A DNA stretch of 64,000 bases from Candidatus Spongiihabitans sp. (lineage in GTDB: Bacteria > Pseudomonadota > Gammaproteobacteria > Arenicellales > Poriferihabitantaceae): contig OZ253450.1 in assembly GCA_965261335.1 (NCBI GenBank), positions 2,519,492-2,583,491 of the forward strand. The letters run 5' to 3'. Both the position numbers and the translations under genes were made by a program. Positions 27,798-37,926 of the stretch are shown one piece after another (positions within the stretch are counted from its first letter, which is position 1; each line of letters opens with the position of its first letter). The notes beneath the pieces were generated by a model. That model saw nothing but the letters and a program-made list of their open reading frames with translations, had not been told where the DNA came from and searched no databases.

Positions 27798-28113
27798 ATT
27801 TGCAGTGTTATGTGAAAAAAGGCCATTTATGAAGATAAATCAGTTCTAAATAGGTTACTAGAGGTTGCATATTGTTGTTTTAAGTTGATTATAGGTTGAT
27901 TATAGGTTTCTTTACAAGAATATAAACTAAAAACAACCAAAAAGAAACTAAAAACAACCGAAAAGAAACTAAAAGCACATCGAAACATAAAGGCAAGATA
28001 TGTAACGGCAGCCCGTCAATGAATTGACGACAGCCCGTTACTGACTTGATTTTTCGCCGATGGCTTAAAATAGGACGTTTTCGCCGATGGCTCAAACGAT
28101 AAAGAGGAGAGTG
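27798..28113. promoter_or_regulatory. Candidate oriT / divergent promoter region
   Basis: Lies between divergent relaxosome operons. Contains an 11-bp x2 repeat (27884-27905), a 21-bp x2.4 repeat (27927-27978), the inverted repeat CGTCAATgaATTGACG (28014-28029) flanked by CAGCCCGT x2, and a 15-bp x2 TTTTCGCCGATGGCT repeat (28051, 28078). Confidence 0.55.
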
Positions 28114-28485
28114 ATGCAACCAAAAAGTAACCAACGAAAACGCAATTACGACATGGTTCATGTTCGGTTGGATGAAACAGAAGCAAGGCAAGTAAAACAA
28201 AATGCCGAGAATACCGGCTTGTCAAAAGCAGGTTTAATGCGCACCCTAGCGACCGGGCATATACCGAAATCAATCATTGATTCAAAGCATATCTGCGCAT
28301 TGATTCATCTGCGCGGAGATGTTGGCAGAATGCGCGGATTGCTCAAATTTTGGTTAAGTGAAGATGTCAAAATTAGCAATTACAATCCACACGAAATTAT
28401 CAAAATAGCGCGCAATGCCGATGCGACCCAACGTCAAATCGGGCTTGTCATTGATAAGTTATCCCCTCTGCGATTTACCCTTTGA
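28114..28485 (+). CDS. MobC/TraJ-like relaxosome accessory protein, paralog 1
   Basis: KRNYDMVHVRLDETEARQVKQNAENTGLSKAGLMR matches the ribbon-helix-helix MobC pattern. Start chosen at ATG 28114, after AGGAG. Confidence 0.7.
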   Translation: MQPKSNQRKRNYDMVHVRLDETEARQVKQNAENTGLSKAGLMRTLATGHIPKSIIDSKHICALIHLRGDVGRMRGLLKFWLSEDVKISNYNPHEIIKIARNADATQRQIGLVIDKLSPLRFTL

Positions 28486-28497
28486 AGCGATGAAGCG

Positions 28498-28863
28498 ATG
28501 CCACCAAAAAGTAATAATCGAAAACGCAATTACGACAGCGTTCATGTTCGGTTGGATGAAACTGAAGCAAGGCAAGTAAAACGCAATGCCGAGAATACCG
28601 GCTTGTCAAAAGCAGCCTTAATGCGTGAACTTGCTATTGGACATGTCCCAAAAGCAACCCTTGATTCAACCCAGATCAATCAATTGATAGTGCTACGCAA
28701 AGAACTTAACCGCAGGGGGCGGTTATTGAAATTGTGGTTAGAGGGCGATGAAAAGACTCAAAATTACAAACCCCACGACATGATGAAAATAGTGAATAAT
28801 GTGAACTCGATTCAACGGCAAATTCGTTTTTTCGTTGACCGACTGAACGAGCCTAAAAAGTAA
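28498..28863 (+). CDS. MobC/TraJ-like relaxosome accessory protein, paralog 2
   Basis: Clearly paralogous to the preceding gene along its whole length. Confidence 0.7.
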   Translation: MPPKSNNRKRNYDSVHVRLDETEARQVKRNAENTGLSKAALMRELAIGHVPKATLDSTQINQLIVLRKELNRRGRLLKLWLEGDEKTQNYKPHDMMKIVNNVNSIQRQIRFFVDRLNEPKK

Positions 28864-28895
28864 CCGGATTAAATGATTAAACCACAAGCGAGGTA

Positions 28896-29789
28896 ATGAA
28901 TATGAGTAATCAAGCTGAAAATAGCCAAGAACAACCCACCAAGACAGAACAAGCTATCCATTTATTGGTCGCACAAGTCCCGGCAAATCGTGGCGAAGCC
29001 TTTGCGACGCTAAAAAATGCAGACCTGACCGGTAGCGGACAATTTTTCAACGCCGTTATGTCGGGTTATACCGACAAAACAGGTATCACATTACAAAAAT
29101 CTGACCGAGCAGCGCAAAGAGAAGACAATAAAGCAGCGTTGCAATGGGCACACAATGCACCCGTATCGGAAGTTGCAAAAATTTGTACTCAAAGTAATGG
29201 TCAAGGCGCCCACTTTTGGTCCGCTTGGAAACTGCATAAGGAGGGAAAGTGGCCAGAACTCGGCACACAGGAAACCTTCACACAATATTTCGACAGCACC
29301 AAGCGCAAAAGCGTTGAACCCGATGTGCTGTTAAAAGCCGTCATAAAACTCTCCGATGGTAAAGCACGCACCAGAGGCGATGCCTTTAATTTGCTCAAAG
29401 ACGAGCAAGGTAAAGTGGATAAAAACCTATATGCCCTTGCCGTGCAACAGTATGAGGAACAAACAGGAACAAAACTCGAACAAAGCGAAACGTCAATACA
29501 GCGTAATGCACAACGAGCAAAAGTACATGCTATGGACGCACAGGCAATACGCGAGCACATCGCACAAATTCCTGCGGCTGATGAAACTTTTTGGCTCGCA
29601 CACAGCATGATGAAAGAAGGCAAATGGGACGGAGAGATTAGCGGTGAGGATTTTTCGCGCCACTATGACAAGGGCAAGGGCAAGGGCAAGGATGCTAAAG
29701 GGACGCAACAAAAAAGGGAACAACCGGCTCAAAAGCATTCAAACCGCAAAATTGAACGCCCTCCATTCAATCTTGATCTCTCTTTCTAA
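28896..29789 (+). CDS. Hypothetical protein with an internal two-fold repeat and a KGKGKGK tract
   Basis: HFWSAWKLHKEGKWPE...FTQYFD versus TFWLAHSMMKEGKWDG...FSRHYD. Confidence 0.5.
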   Translation: MNMSNQAENSQEQPTKTEQAIHLLVAQVPANRGEAFATLKNADLTGSGQFFNAVMSGYTDKTGITLQKSDRAAQREDNKAALQWAHNAPVSEVAKICTQSNGQGAHFWSAWKLHKEGKWPELGTQETFTQYFDSTKRKSVEPDVLLKAVIKLSDGKARTRGDAFNLLKDEQGKVDKNLYALAVQQYEEQTGTKLEQSETSIQRNAQRAKVHAMDAQAIREHIAQIPAADETFWLAHSMMKEGKWDGEISGEDFSRHYDKGKGKGKDAKGTQQKREQPAQKHSNRKIERPPFNLDLSF

Positions 29790-29875
29790 AGCGACTGTTA
29801 ATGTCCCCTTAACGTGCCGATCAGGTTGAGCGGCACCAGTTTTTTTGCGCATACGGTGGCAAATTTTGAAACCGA

Positions 29876-31870
29876 ATGATTGCTAAAATTGCACAGCGAA
29901 AAAAAGGCGCGAAATCATCATTTGTAACACTGGCGAACTACATCACAAAACAACAAAAACTGGCTGATGGCACAGCCAAAACAAGCCGCTTAACATTCAC
30001 CAATTGCACCGCATTGGATATGCAGAATGCACTGAACGAAATTGTTGAAACACAAAAGAAAAATCAAACCACCAAAGCCGACAAAACCTATCACCTCATC
30101 GTCTCATTCCCGCTCGGCGAAAGACCTGATAACAAAACACTGCACGACATTGAAGCGTCTCTGGTGGACGCAGTCGGACTCAATGAACACCAGAGAATGA
30201 GTGCGATTCATTGCGACACATCGTATTATCACATGCACATTGGGGTGAATAAAATACATCCTCATACGGCTGCTATCGCTACGCTCAAGCATGACTATAA
30301 CAAATTGCAACAGGCGAGTAGGGCGTTAGAGAACAAGCATAATCTACAAAAACTAAATGCCAGTGTGGGTATCGACATCAAACAGCTTGCAGATGAATTG
30401 CACGATGAAATTGATGTAGCTATGCGGAATCCTACCGCAAACTGGGCAAATGTGCATGCTGTATTTGCACGGCGAAAACTTAAAATCAAACCGAGCGGAC
30501 GAGGCTTGCAGGTTGTTGATGCACAGGGTACGCAAATCCTAAAAGCCTCTGAGATTAGTCGTGACTGCTCAAGAGCCAATTTAGAGAAAAAATTGGGTCC
30601 GTTTGAAATTGACCAAAAAGACAACCAAGCACCAATATCACCTACCGCAGAACGCATTGAAAGAAGCGCGAAGATCGAGTCATTCCAGACTTGGGCAAAG
30701 AAAGTATTGACAGAGACTTTGCCCTCGGTTTTAGATAATCCAAGTGCCCGATGGCACGACATACACGCCATGCTCGCACAACATGGACTACGCATAACGA
30801 CATCTGGACGTGGGCTGACAATGACAGATAATGCGGGTAAAAATGCCGTTAAGCCGTCCCAAATCAGTCGCGATTACTCAAGAGCAAAATTAGAACAAAA
30901 ATTAGGACCTTTTGAGCAAAAGCAATCCAGCCTGAAAGTCAAACGATGCCAATACAAACGCACCGCATCACAAAAACACGCTAACACACAGCCCTTGTGG
31001 GACGAATATACGCAACTAAAAGAATCAGCAAAGCAGGCGAGAAAGAACCAATACGCTGAATATGTTAGAGACCGTGATGACCACGCTGGGCAACTTAAAT
31101 CTGAGTTTGCAGCCGCACGAAACGCTATTTGGAAGGACGATTTGCTTACCGTAGCAACGAAACGACAAATGGCAAAGAAACTGGCACGAAAACGGCAAGC
31201 AGCTTTAGAAAAATTAGCCAACGATAACGCCAAGCGGCGCGACCAGATCAACGCAAGCACACATTGTCCATGTTGGCGCGATTATTTGCTCGACAAAGCG
31301 CAAGCAGGCGATGCGCGTGCTATACCGGCTTTGCGTAACAATAAATCACGTTCATCACAAGAAAATCTGGCTGATGACTACGCGCTTTACCGACAAAATA
31401 AGCAACAAACCAAAGAGGAGATGTATAACGAATTTAATGACTTGCGCAACCGAATTTGGGCAGATAATTTACTCAGCGCAAAACGTAAATATGCGCTTAA
31501 TCAATATATCAATCGGCGGCAAAAAAAAGCAATGGCGCATGTCCAAGGAGCTGGATGGCACGATTTTTTACAAGAAAAAGCACAGCAGGGCAATCTGACT
31601 GCCCAGGTCGCATTAAATCAAGAAAAGACGGATCTACAAAACTCAACAACGGTCAATATTGAGTTTGCAGAAACGCTCCTAGCATCAAAAAATAAACAGT
31701 TTCAGGTAAAACCGAATGGCGACATCATGCCAAAAAAAGATGTTTTAATCCGTAACAATAAAATTCAAATTCTCGCTGTATCCGGGTGCGAAGCCGCCTT
31801 TCATATCGCATCACGACTTTATAACTGGTTGCGACAAGCACCACAACAAACAGAAAAAGAGAGGGGCTGA
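29876..31870 (+). CDS. traI: MOB-P-type relaxase (TraI/VirD2 family)
   Basis: LANYITK (Tyr motif), YHLIVSFP, HUH-type motif HCDTSYYHMHIGVNKIH. The C-terminal half has an internal repeat (...SGRGL.V.D..G....KPS.ISRD.SRA.LE.KLGPFE twice). Confidence 0.85.
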   Translation: MIAKIAQRKKGAKSSFVTLANYITKQQKLADGTAKTSRLTFTNCTALDMQNALNEIVETQKKNQTTKADKTYHLIVSFPLGERPDNKTLHDIEASLVDAVGLNEHQRMSAIHCDTSYYHMHIGVNKIHPHTAAIATLKHDYNKLQQASRALENKHNLQKLNASVGIDIKQLADELHDEIDVAMRNPTANWANVHAVFARRKLKIKPSGRGLQVVDAQGTQILKASEISRDCSRANLEKKLGPFEIDQKDNQAPISPTAERIERSAKIESFQTWAKKVLTETLPSVLDNPSARWHDIHAMLAQHGLRITTSGRGLTMTDNAGKNAVKPSQISRDYSRAKLEQKLGPFEQKQSSLKVKRCQYKRTASQKHANTQPLWDEYTQLKESAKQARKNQYAEYVRDRDDHAGQLKSEFAAARNAIWKDDLLTVATKRQMAKKLARKRQAALEKLANDNAKRRDQINASTHCPCWRDYLLDKAQAGDARAIPALRNNKSRSSQENLADDYALYRQNKQQTKEEMYNEFNDLRNRIWADNLLSAKRKYALNQYINRRQKKAMAHVQGAGWHDFLQEKAQQGNLTAQVALNQEKTDLQNSTTVNIEFAETLLASKNKQFQVKPNGDIMPKKDVLIRNNKIQILAVSGCEAAFHIASRLYNWLRQAPQQTEKERG

Positions 31871-33717
31871 TGACTCAGAACATCAAATATGGGCTTAAAT
31901 CGAGTGTCGCGCCGACAAAAAAAATGACCCTCATCGGTGTGGTTGGTATTGCTGGTATTTTGCTCTTATTTTCAATATTCACGACGCAACAAATTGCCGA
32001 CTTATTCCAATTTAATGTGCTGCTCGGCAATCCCCTTGCCGGCAACATTTATGCGCCCTGGAAATGGTTTGTTTGGTACATCGACTATCGTGCTCAATAT
32101 CCGCATGAACTCAATGCCATTGTGCGAACTAACCTCAATTTTGCGGTGGTCGCGTTTGGACTCTTTGCGGCGACTATCTATTATTCATCGCGTACTGCCA
32201 GAGACAAGCACGACCATCTCCATGGCTCAGCACAATTTGCAATATTGGATGATATTCGCAATATGGGCTTGCTCGATGACCATGGCATTGTGCTTGGCTC
32301 ATTCATTGATCCGAAGGGAAAATCACACATTCTACGACATGATGGACCCGAGCATGTTCTCATGGTTGCACCAACGGGATCAGGAAAAGGCGTGTCAGTG
32401 GTTAATCCAACGCTCTTGACCTGGCCACACTCGATGGTCGTTTACGACCTAAAAAAAGAAAATTGGGCATTATCCTCGCGCTGGAGAAAAGAATATGCCA
32501 ACAACACTGTCATCAGATTTGAACCCACCTGTAGCGATGGAACCGCCGCCAGTTACAACCCGCTGGCAGAAATACGGCTACATACTGACCATGACGTTCA
32601 AGACGCGCAAAATATCGCCGCGATTGTGCTAGAGCATGGTGATGAGGGTTCCGGTAAAAGCGGCGGAGATACTTATTTCATTGATGCCGCTTATGGCTTA
32701 TTAGTCGCTTACATACTCCATACTTGTTACGAACAGCATAATCAGGGAAAGTTAGCAACCCTCACGGATGTCGCCGAAACCCTCAGTGATCCAAATTTAG
32801 ATTTTCAATCGTTGCTTGAACACATGCAAAAGACTCAACACTGCAAAGATGCACCACACCCACTCTGCATGAGACAAGCCACTTCATTGCTCAATATGTT
32901 GGGTTCTGGTGCCGGCAAACAGTTTGCTGGCATACAAGGGGTCGTTGAGAGCAAACTATCGCTATATGCAGACCCGATTGTGCGTAAAAACATCACTGAT
33001 AGTGATTTTAAGGTACCCGATTTAATGTCTCGCGACAAACCGGTAACGCTTTATATTTGTGTCGGTAGTACCGATAAGTCGCGGCTAAAACCACTGACAA
33101 AACTACTGCTCACTCAAATTATCCGAAATTTAACCAAAGAAGTCGAATACGCTCTGGGCGTTTCTGCACCAACTTATAAACACAAACTTCTGATGCTCAT
33201 TGACGAGTTTCCCTCACTCGGGAAAATGGGTATCGTCAATGAAGCGATTGCTTTTCTTCGCGGCTATGGCATTCGCTGTCTCCTTATCATTCAAGACTTC
33301 AATCAACTACGTTCCGATGATGCTTATGGACGTAATGAAGCGATTACCGCTAATTGCGGTGTGCAAATCGCATTTGCGCCAAATATATTCCCAACCGCCG
33401 ATGAGTTATCCAAAAAAGTGGGGACAACAACGATAACAAAAAGAGAAGTATCCGCATCAGCAAATAAGAAACTGCTCGGCGGCTCAAGTGCGACTAAATC
33501 GATTCGCGAGGTATCGCGACAGCTACTTACGCCTGACGAGATTATGAGGTTACCCACCGTGCGCAAAGTCAACGGTAAAACACTGCCGGGCGATGAATTG
33601 ATATTAATTGCCGGACAACCGCCCATTTATGGACGACAAATTCTACACTTCGTCGACCCAATATTAAGCAAAAGAGCCCAGCTTGGTGCACTGGATAAGT
33701 CAGATGTACTCGATTAA
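31870..33717 (+). CDS. traG: Type IV coupling protein TraG/VirD4
   Basis: N-terminal TM segments, Walker A APTGSGKGVSVVNPTLL, Walker B LLMLIDEF. Confidence 0.9.
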   Translation: MTQNIKYGLKSSVAPTKKMTLIGVVGIAGILLLFSIFTTQQIADLFQFNVLLGNPLAGNIYAPWKWFVWYIDYRAQYPHELNAIVRTNLNFAVVAFGLFAATIYYSSRTARDKHDHLHGSAQFAILDDIRNMGLLDDHGIVLGSFIDPKGKSHILRHDGPEHVLMVAPTGSGKGVSVVNPTLLTWPHSMVVYDLKKENWALSSRWRKEYANNTVIRFEPTCSDGTAASYNPLAEIRLHTDHDVQDAQNIAAIVLEHGDEGSGKSGGDTYFIDAAYGLLVAYILHTCYEQHNQGKLATLTDVAETLSDPNLDFQSLLEHMQKTQHCKDAPHPLCMRQATSLLNMLGSGAGKQFAGIQGVVESKLSLYADPIVRKNITDSDFKVPDLMSRDKPVTLYICVGSTDKSRLKPLTKLLLTQIIRNLTKEVEYALGVSAPTYKHKLLMLIDEFPSLGKMGIVNEAIAFLRGYGIRCLLIIQDFNQLRSDDAYGRNEAITANCGVQIAFAPNIFPTADELSKKVGTTTITKREVSASANKKLLGGSSATKSIREVSRQLLTPDEIMRLPTVRKVNGKTLPGDELILIAGQPPIYGRQILHFVDPILSKRAQLGALDKSDVLD

Positions 33718-34204
33718 ACCGCTCAAAGTGATTGGCATCCTAATGCTGGTCACTATCGTCATCACGATAATCTGTTATTACGCTGGATTGAGAATAAATA
33801 CCGACCGAAGCATGTCAGCCATATTCTGGCGGTTATCAAGCCAACCAATAAAACGCAATAGTTACGTCTTGATTTGTCTGCCACGCTGGTTTGTCACACA
33901 ACATTCTCTTGATAGGCACTTTCCCAGAGGCGGGCGATGCGGTGGTATTTTGCCGTTGATCAAGCAGGTTATTGCCCACGAAAACGATCAAATATCAATC
34001 AATGCTAACGGCGTATCTGTCAACAGCATGTACATACAACACAGCAAACCATTACCTCACGTTGTGCGACATCATAATCAACAAACCATCGTGCCACAAA
34101 ACAGGTTTGTTGTTGTTGGGCAAACCTTCGACAGCTTGGATAGCAGATATTTTGGACTGGTGCACAAAGAATGGATCGAATCAAGCATCACGCCCCTTTT
34201 TTAA
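33704..34204 (+). CDS. traF: TraF-type conjugative signal peptidase (S26 family)
   Basis: TM anchor, IKQVIA Lys box, DSLDSRYFG motif. Position after traG as in IncP/Ti. Confidence 0.75.
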   Translation: MYSIKPLKVIGILMLVTIVITIICYYAGLRINTDRSMSAIFWRLSSQPIKRNSYVLICLPRWFVTQHSLDRHFPRGGRCGGILPLIKQVIAHENDQISINANGVSVNSMYIQHSKPLPHVVRHHNQQTIVPQNRFVVVGQTFDSLDSRYFGLVHKEWIESSITPLF

Positions 34205-35328
34205 GCGGCTTAGTGGCCGCCGGCGGGGTCGGTGTTGGACACATCATTACACCCGTAATGATACCGCTCATATTCGCTTTACCCGTCTTGTTACGACTCA
34301 CCAAAACACCCACAGCAGCCGCTAGTCTTGTTGGTGGCTACATTCTTTCAGCAAGTTATGGTTTGTTTTTCGGCGTTGCTAACTTGAGTGGGTTTTGGGT
34401 CGGGTTGGCTACATGGTTCGGTCTTGCGCTCTGTTTGTCCATTCCTTGGCTTTTCGCTCACATCCGATGGACTGGACTGATTATTGCCATTACCCTGATG
34501 TCAATTCCGCCGTTAGGCTATTTATCCCACGTTTCACCCTTAATGGGAGCGGCCTATCTGTTCCCCGGATTTGGCTTCATCGGACTATTCTTATGCGCTA
34601 TCGTATTTCAAGTACTCTACATCCTCAAATGGCCGTATAGCGTCAGCATTGTCTGCGCCATGCTGATTTCAACCGTTGTTTTTCAAGTGCCCACAACCGC
34701 AACATCACCAACCAGCATAAGTGGGTTGCATCCACGCGACATGCAAGTCGGACCGCTTATTAGCAACAGCAATTGCTGCGAAACAGATTACCAAGCGCGA
34801 CAAGCCTTGTTTGATAATTTATTGAGATACGAGACAGCCAGCGGTATCCCAATTTACCCCGAAGCCAGTGCTGGAACACTCAGCAAAATAACAACAAACG
34901 AATTAACTCGTTTCGCCCAAGCGACCAATCAGCCATTCTTCGCCGGTGCGGAGGAGCGGGTAGGGCGGTCGTATAACAACGTTTTGATTCACGTCGATCA
35001 CCAATCTGCAAACATTGTATATCGACAGCGATTGCCCGCTCCTTGGTTTATGTGGCGCGGACAAGATAAACCAAGATTCTTTCGCGCCGGGCTGGGACGA
35101 GCCGCAACCTTCGCTTACCAAAGAAAACGGATCGGCACATTAATTTGCTATGAACTCAGCACAACATGGCTCGTCTTCGACACCCACTTTGAATCTCCCG
35201 ATGCGGTCATTGCTATCAGCAATCTATGGTGGGCAAAAAAGACTAATTTGGCTTATCTAATGAGACTCCAAAGCGCAGCATGGTCGCGTTTGTTTGGCGT
35301 ACCCTACATATTTAGTCTGAACACATAA
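34171..35328 (+). CDS. Polytopic membrane protein with a C-terminal CN-hydrolase (Lnt-like) domain; Ti-type TraB position
   Basis: About 6 TM helices, then IYPEASAG (Lnt Glu motif) and GTLICYE (Lnt Cys motif). The Lys-motif region reads VYRQRLPAPWF. Confidence 0.6.
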   Translation: MDRIKHHAPFLSGLVAAGGVGVGHIITPVMIPLIFALPVLLRLTKTPTAAASLVGGYILSASYGLFFGVANLSGFWVGLATWFGLALCLSIPWLFAHIRWTGLIIAITLMSIPPLGYLSHVSPLMGAAYLFPGFGFIGLFLCAIVFQVLYILKWPYSVSIVCAMLISTVVFQVPTTATSPTSISGLHPRDMQVGPLISNSNCCETDYQARQALFDNLLRYETASGIPIYPEASAGTLSKITTNELTRFAQATNQPFFAGAEERVGRSYNNVLIHVDHQSANIVYRQRLPAPWFMWRGQDKPRFFRAGLGRAATFAYQRKRIGTLICYELSTTWLVFDTHFESPDAVIAISNLWWAKKTNLAYLMRLQSAAWSRLFGVPYIFSLNT

Positions 35329-35329
35329 T

Positions 35330-35809
35330 ATGGTGGCTTCAACAATCCTCGCATTAGCCCTTCAATGTGCGCCACAGGTCGCACCAATGACCATTTTGCA
35401 TATTGTCTCCGTTGAAGCGGCGCGATTACCAAACGGCGGGTTTAATGTTAATTCTCTTCATCTAAATCATGGGCAACTTAAGCAACAACCTGCATCCAAA
35501 AGCGAAGCACTGGCACTTGCAACACAACATATTGCCCGAGACAAAAGCGTTGATGTCGGATTGATGCAAATTAACAGTGCCAATTTACCATCGCTCAATC
35601 TATCGTTAGCAGATGCCCTCGATCCCTGCACAAACATTCGTGCTGGTGCAAAGATTTTAACGGACTTTTACTTAAGAACAGATCGCAAAGAACCACAACA
35701 AATACGCCTACTTAAAGCATTGTCAGCGTACAACACAGGAGATTATCAAAAAGGTTTTCGGAATGGGTATGTTGTGCGTTATCTACGGATTGCGGCAAAG
35801 AAAAAGTAG
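35330..35809 (+). CDS. VirB1-like soluble lytic transglycosylase
   Basis: SVEAA catalytic Glu region, GLMQINS, AYNTG. Confidence 0.85.
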   Translation: MVASTILALALQCAPQVAPMTILHIVSVEAARLPNGGFNVNSLHLNHGQLKQQPASKSEALALATQHIARDKSVDVGLMQINSANLPSLNLSLADALDPCTNIRAGAKILTDFYLRTDRKEPQQIRLLKALSAYNTGDYQKGFRNGYVVRYLRIAAKKK

Positions 35810-35975
35810 CGCACCGCGGCGACTGTCGGGCAATAAAATCAGCCGAAACGGGTGAGTGGTACAAACTGGAAATTCGGGTAGAGGTCGATATTCAGATGAT
35901 TATTCGCTGGGCAGAGCGGGGGGGATGGCAGCGACCAGAAAGACGATGGTAACCACGATACGGCATCACAATAAA

Positions 35976-36599
35976 TTAAATCCTTTTTTTAGCTCGCTTG
36001 GCTTCAGTTTTCAACCGCTCTAACAGATTCAGCGTCTTGCTAAATTGTTGGCGATGCGTTGTTTTGCTACTTCTTGAATTACGACGCAAATGTGCCGACT
36101 TACTTATTTCCATGAAATTTGATAACACGCAGTTTGTCTTGTCTCCATCAATAAAAACGATGCACTTTCCTTTTGATAGTTGACCATGCGCTTTCTCCCA
36201 CAACCAGCCGTGCTTTAACCGGTATCTTGTCGGTGCATCCGTATAGGGATTTCGCTCGGCTACCTTAATCTCAATATAACCGTCTTTGCGCACACGTTCG
36301 GCATACATCTTTGTGCGATTTTTAGGTATGTTGCCAGCACGAAACGAACCACTATTTCCTTTAACCAAACCAGTGCCCTTACAGCGCACCGTCCATGGGA
36401 CATGCCCAGACACAAACCGCCCACTTCGCCCGGACACTATTTGGTGCTTGCGCAACAGATACCTAATTTGGTTGACCGTATAATTGCGATTGAAATATTG
36501 ATTAAAGCAATTCGTCAATTCTTGTCTATTCGACACCCGCTCATAGTAGTGACACAGAAAGCTAATCTGCTCGGTTTGCTTGTGAGATACTCCTTTCAA
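35976..36599 (-). CDS. HNH homing-type endonuclease
   Basis: C-terminal HNH_3-like IVFIDGDKTNCVLSNFMEISKSAHL. Confidence 0.65.
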   Translation of the reverse strand: MKGVSHKQTEQISFLCHYYERVSNRQELTNCFNQYFNRNYTVNQIRYLLRKHQIVSGRSGRFVSGHVPWTVRCKGTGLVKGNSGSFRAGNIPKNRTKMYAERVRKDGYIEIKVAERNPYTDAPTRYRLKHGWLWEKAHGQLSKGKCIVFIDGDKTNCVLSNFMEISKSAHLRRNSRSSKTTHRQQFSKTLNLLERLKTEAKRAKKRI

Positions 36600-36658
36600 C
36601 AGATTGTCAACCCAAGCAGATCGCCACCAGCACCCGAAGAAAAATCAATCAATGTATA

Positions 36659-37926
36659 GAGACCTTTGCATAAATCCACCCGGGGCACCACTTAAAATGG
36701 TAAAATAGCGTTCATTCAATAAACCCTTGAGGATACCGTCAAATGTCTTGGAAATAAACCGCCCAATACGCGTTCGCAGATGCTCTTTTAATTGAGCATA
36801 AGTCATTGTCCAAACTAGATGATGTGCATGAAATTATCGATTGGAAACAGATCGAAAAAACGCTCAGCCATCTTTATGCTAGCAAGCGTGGTGTGCCGGC
36901 ACTTGTGCCCTTTGGCTATGCCCACCTTTGATGATGTTTAAGATACTGATTTTACAGGCGTAGTATAACTTAAGCGATGAAGCCTTAGAAGAACAGATAG
37001 CCCGGGATTTAATGTTCCGCCGGTTTATTGGTTTGAGTCTCAGTGATGCAGTACCCGATCATTCCACTATTTGGCGGTTTAGGAACTTATTACACACCGA
37101 AAATCTGCTTGATTCTTTATTGGTGCAGATCAATCATCTCGCTAAAAACAGTCTTATTGTTGCCACAGGCTCGGTCAATATTATCGATGCGACTGTGATT
37201 GAGGCGAAGCAATGCCGTTCTAAAAAGAACAAACAAGGCACAATACCCAAGACCGGAAGCGGCATGGAACGTGAAAACGGCATCCGATGGCAGGCGTAAA
37301 AGCACCTACGGATTTAAGATGCACGCCAATACCGATGAAGATGGTTTTATCAAGAAAATGACCTATACGCCTGGCAATGTGCATGATTCACAGGAGTTTG
37401 AACATCTGTTAGGCGATAGGCACGGACAAGTTTACGCAGACAGTGCCTATGCCAACAAAGACAATGACGAGAAACTGGGTAAAGAAAACAATAGAATCCT
37501 GCACCGAGCTTATCGCAACACACCATTAACGGAGCAACAAAAAGCACTGAATAAAATGTATAGCAGTGTCCGCTATGTGGTTGAACGCACCTTTGGCTTA
37601 CTCAAACTGCATCACGGATTAGGCAAGGCAAGATACATGGGGTTAGCCAGAAACAAAACCCGTGCACATCTGATTGCCATGAGCCATAACCTTAAAACTG
37701 GGATGAATATTTTCAAAGAACTGCAACGTTTAAAGGAGAGTTGTGCCTAAATGGGCAATAAAACAGATTAAAACCCACTAAAAGTGGTTAAAAGTGCCGA
37801 AATAGCGGCTTTTTTGGTGTCGTATTGATGATTGAGAGAACATGGGCGAAAAAATGAGGCAAATTTATAAAAAATCGCGTTGTTTGTGAGTTGCGAGGGG
37901 TGTTTTGTGGATTATGCAAAAGTCTC
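36659..37926 (+). mobile_element. IS5-family IS, copy A (transposase disrupted)
   Basis: Terminal inverted repeats GAGACCTTTGCATAAATCCAC / GTGGATTATGCAAAAGTCTC. The transposase is split (37012-37299, 37199-37750) and the N-terminus is broken by stops and a 17-nt insert at 36901-36917. No flanking target duplication was seen. Confidence 0.85.

Noticed and set aside
27927-27978. CRISPR-like array (21-bp tandem repeats), and likewise the 17-nt repeats at 4192-4242
   Set aside because: The repeats are directly adjacent with no spacers, there are only 2-3 units, and no cas genes occur in the window. They fit iteron/oriT-type and micro-repeat explanations better.
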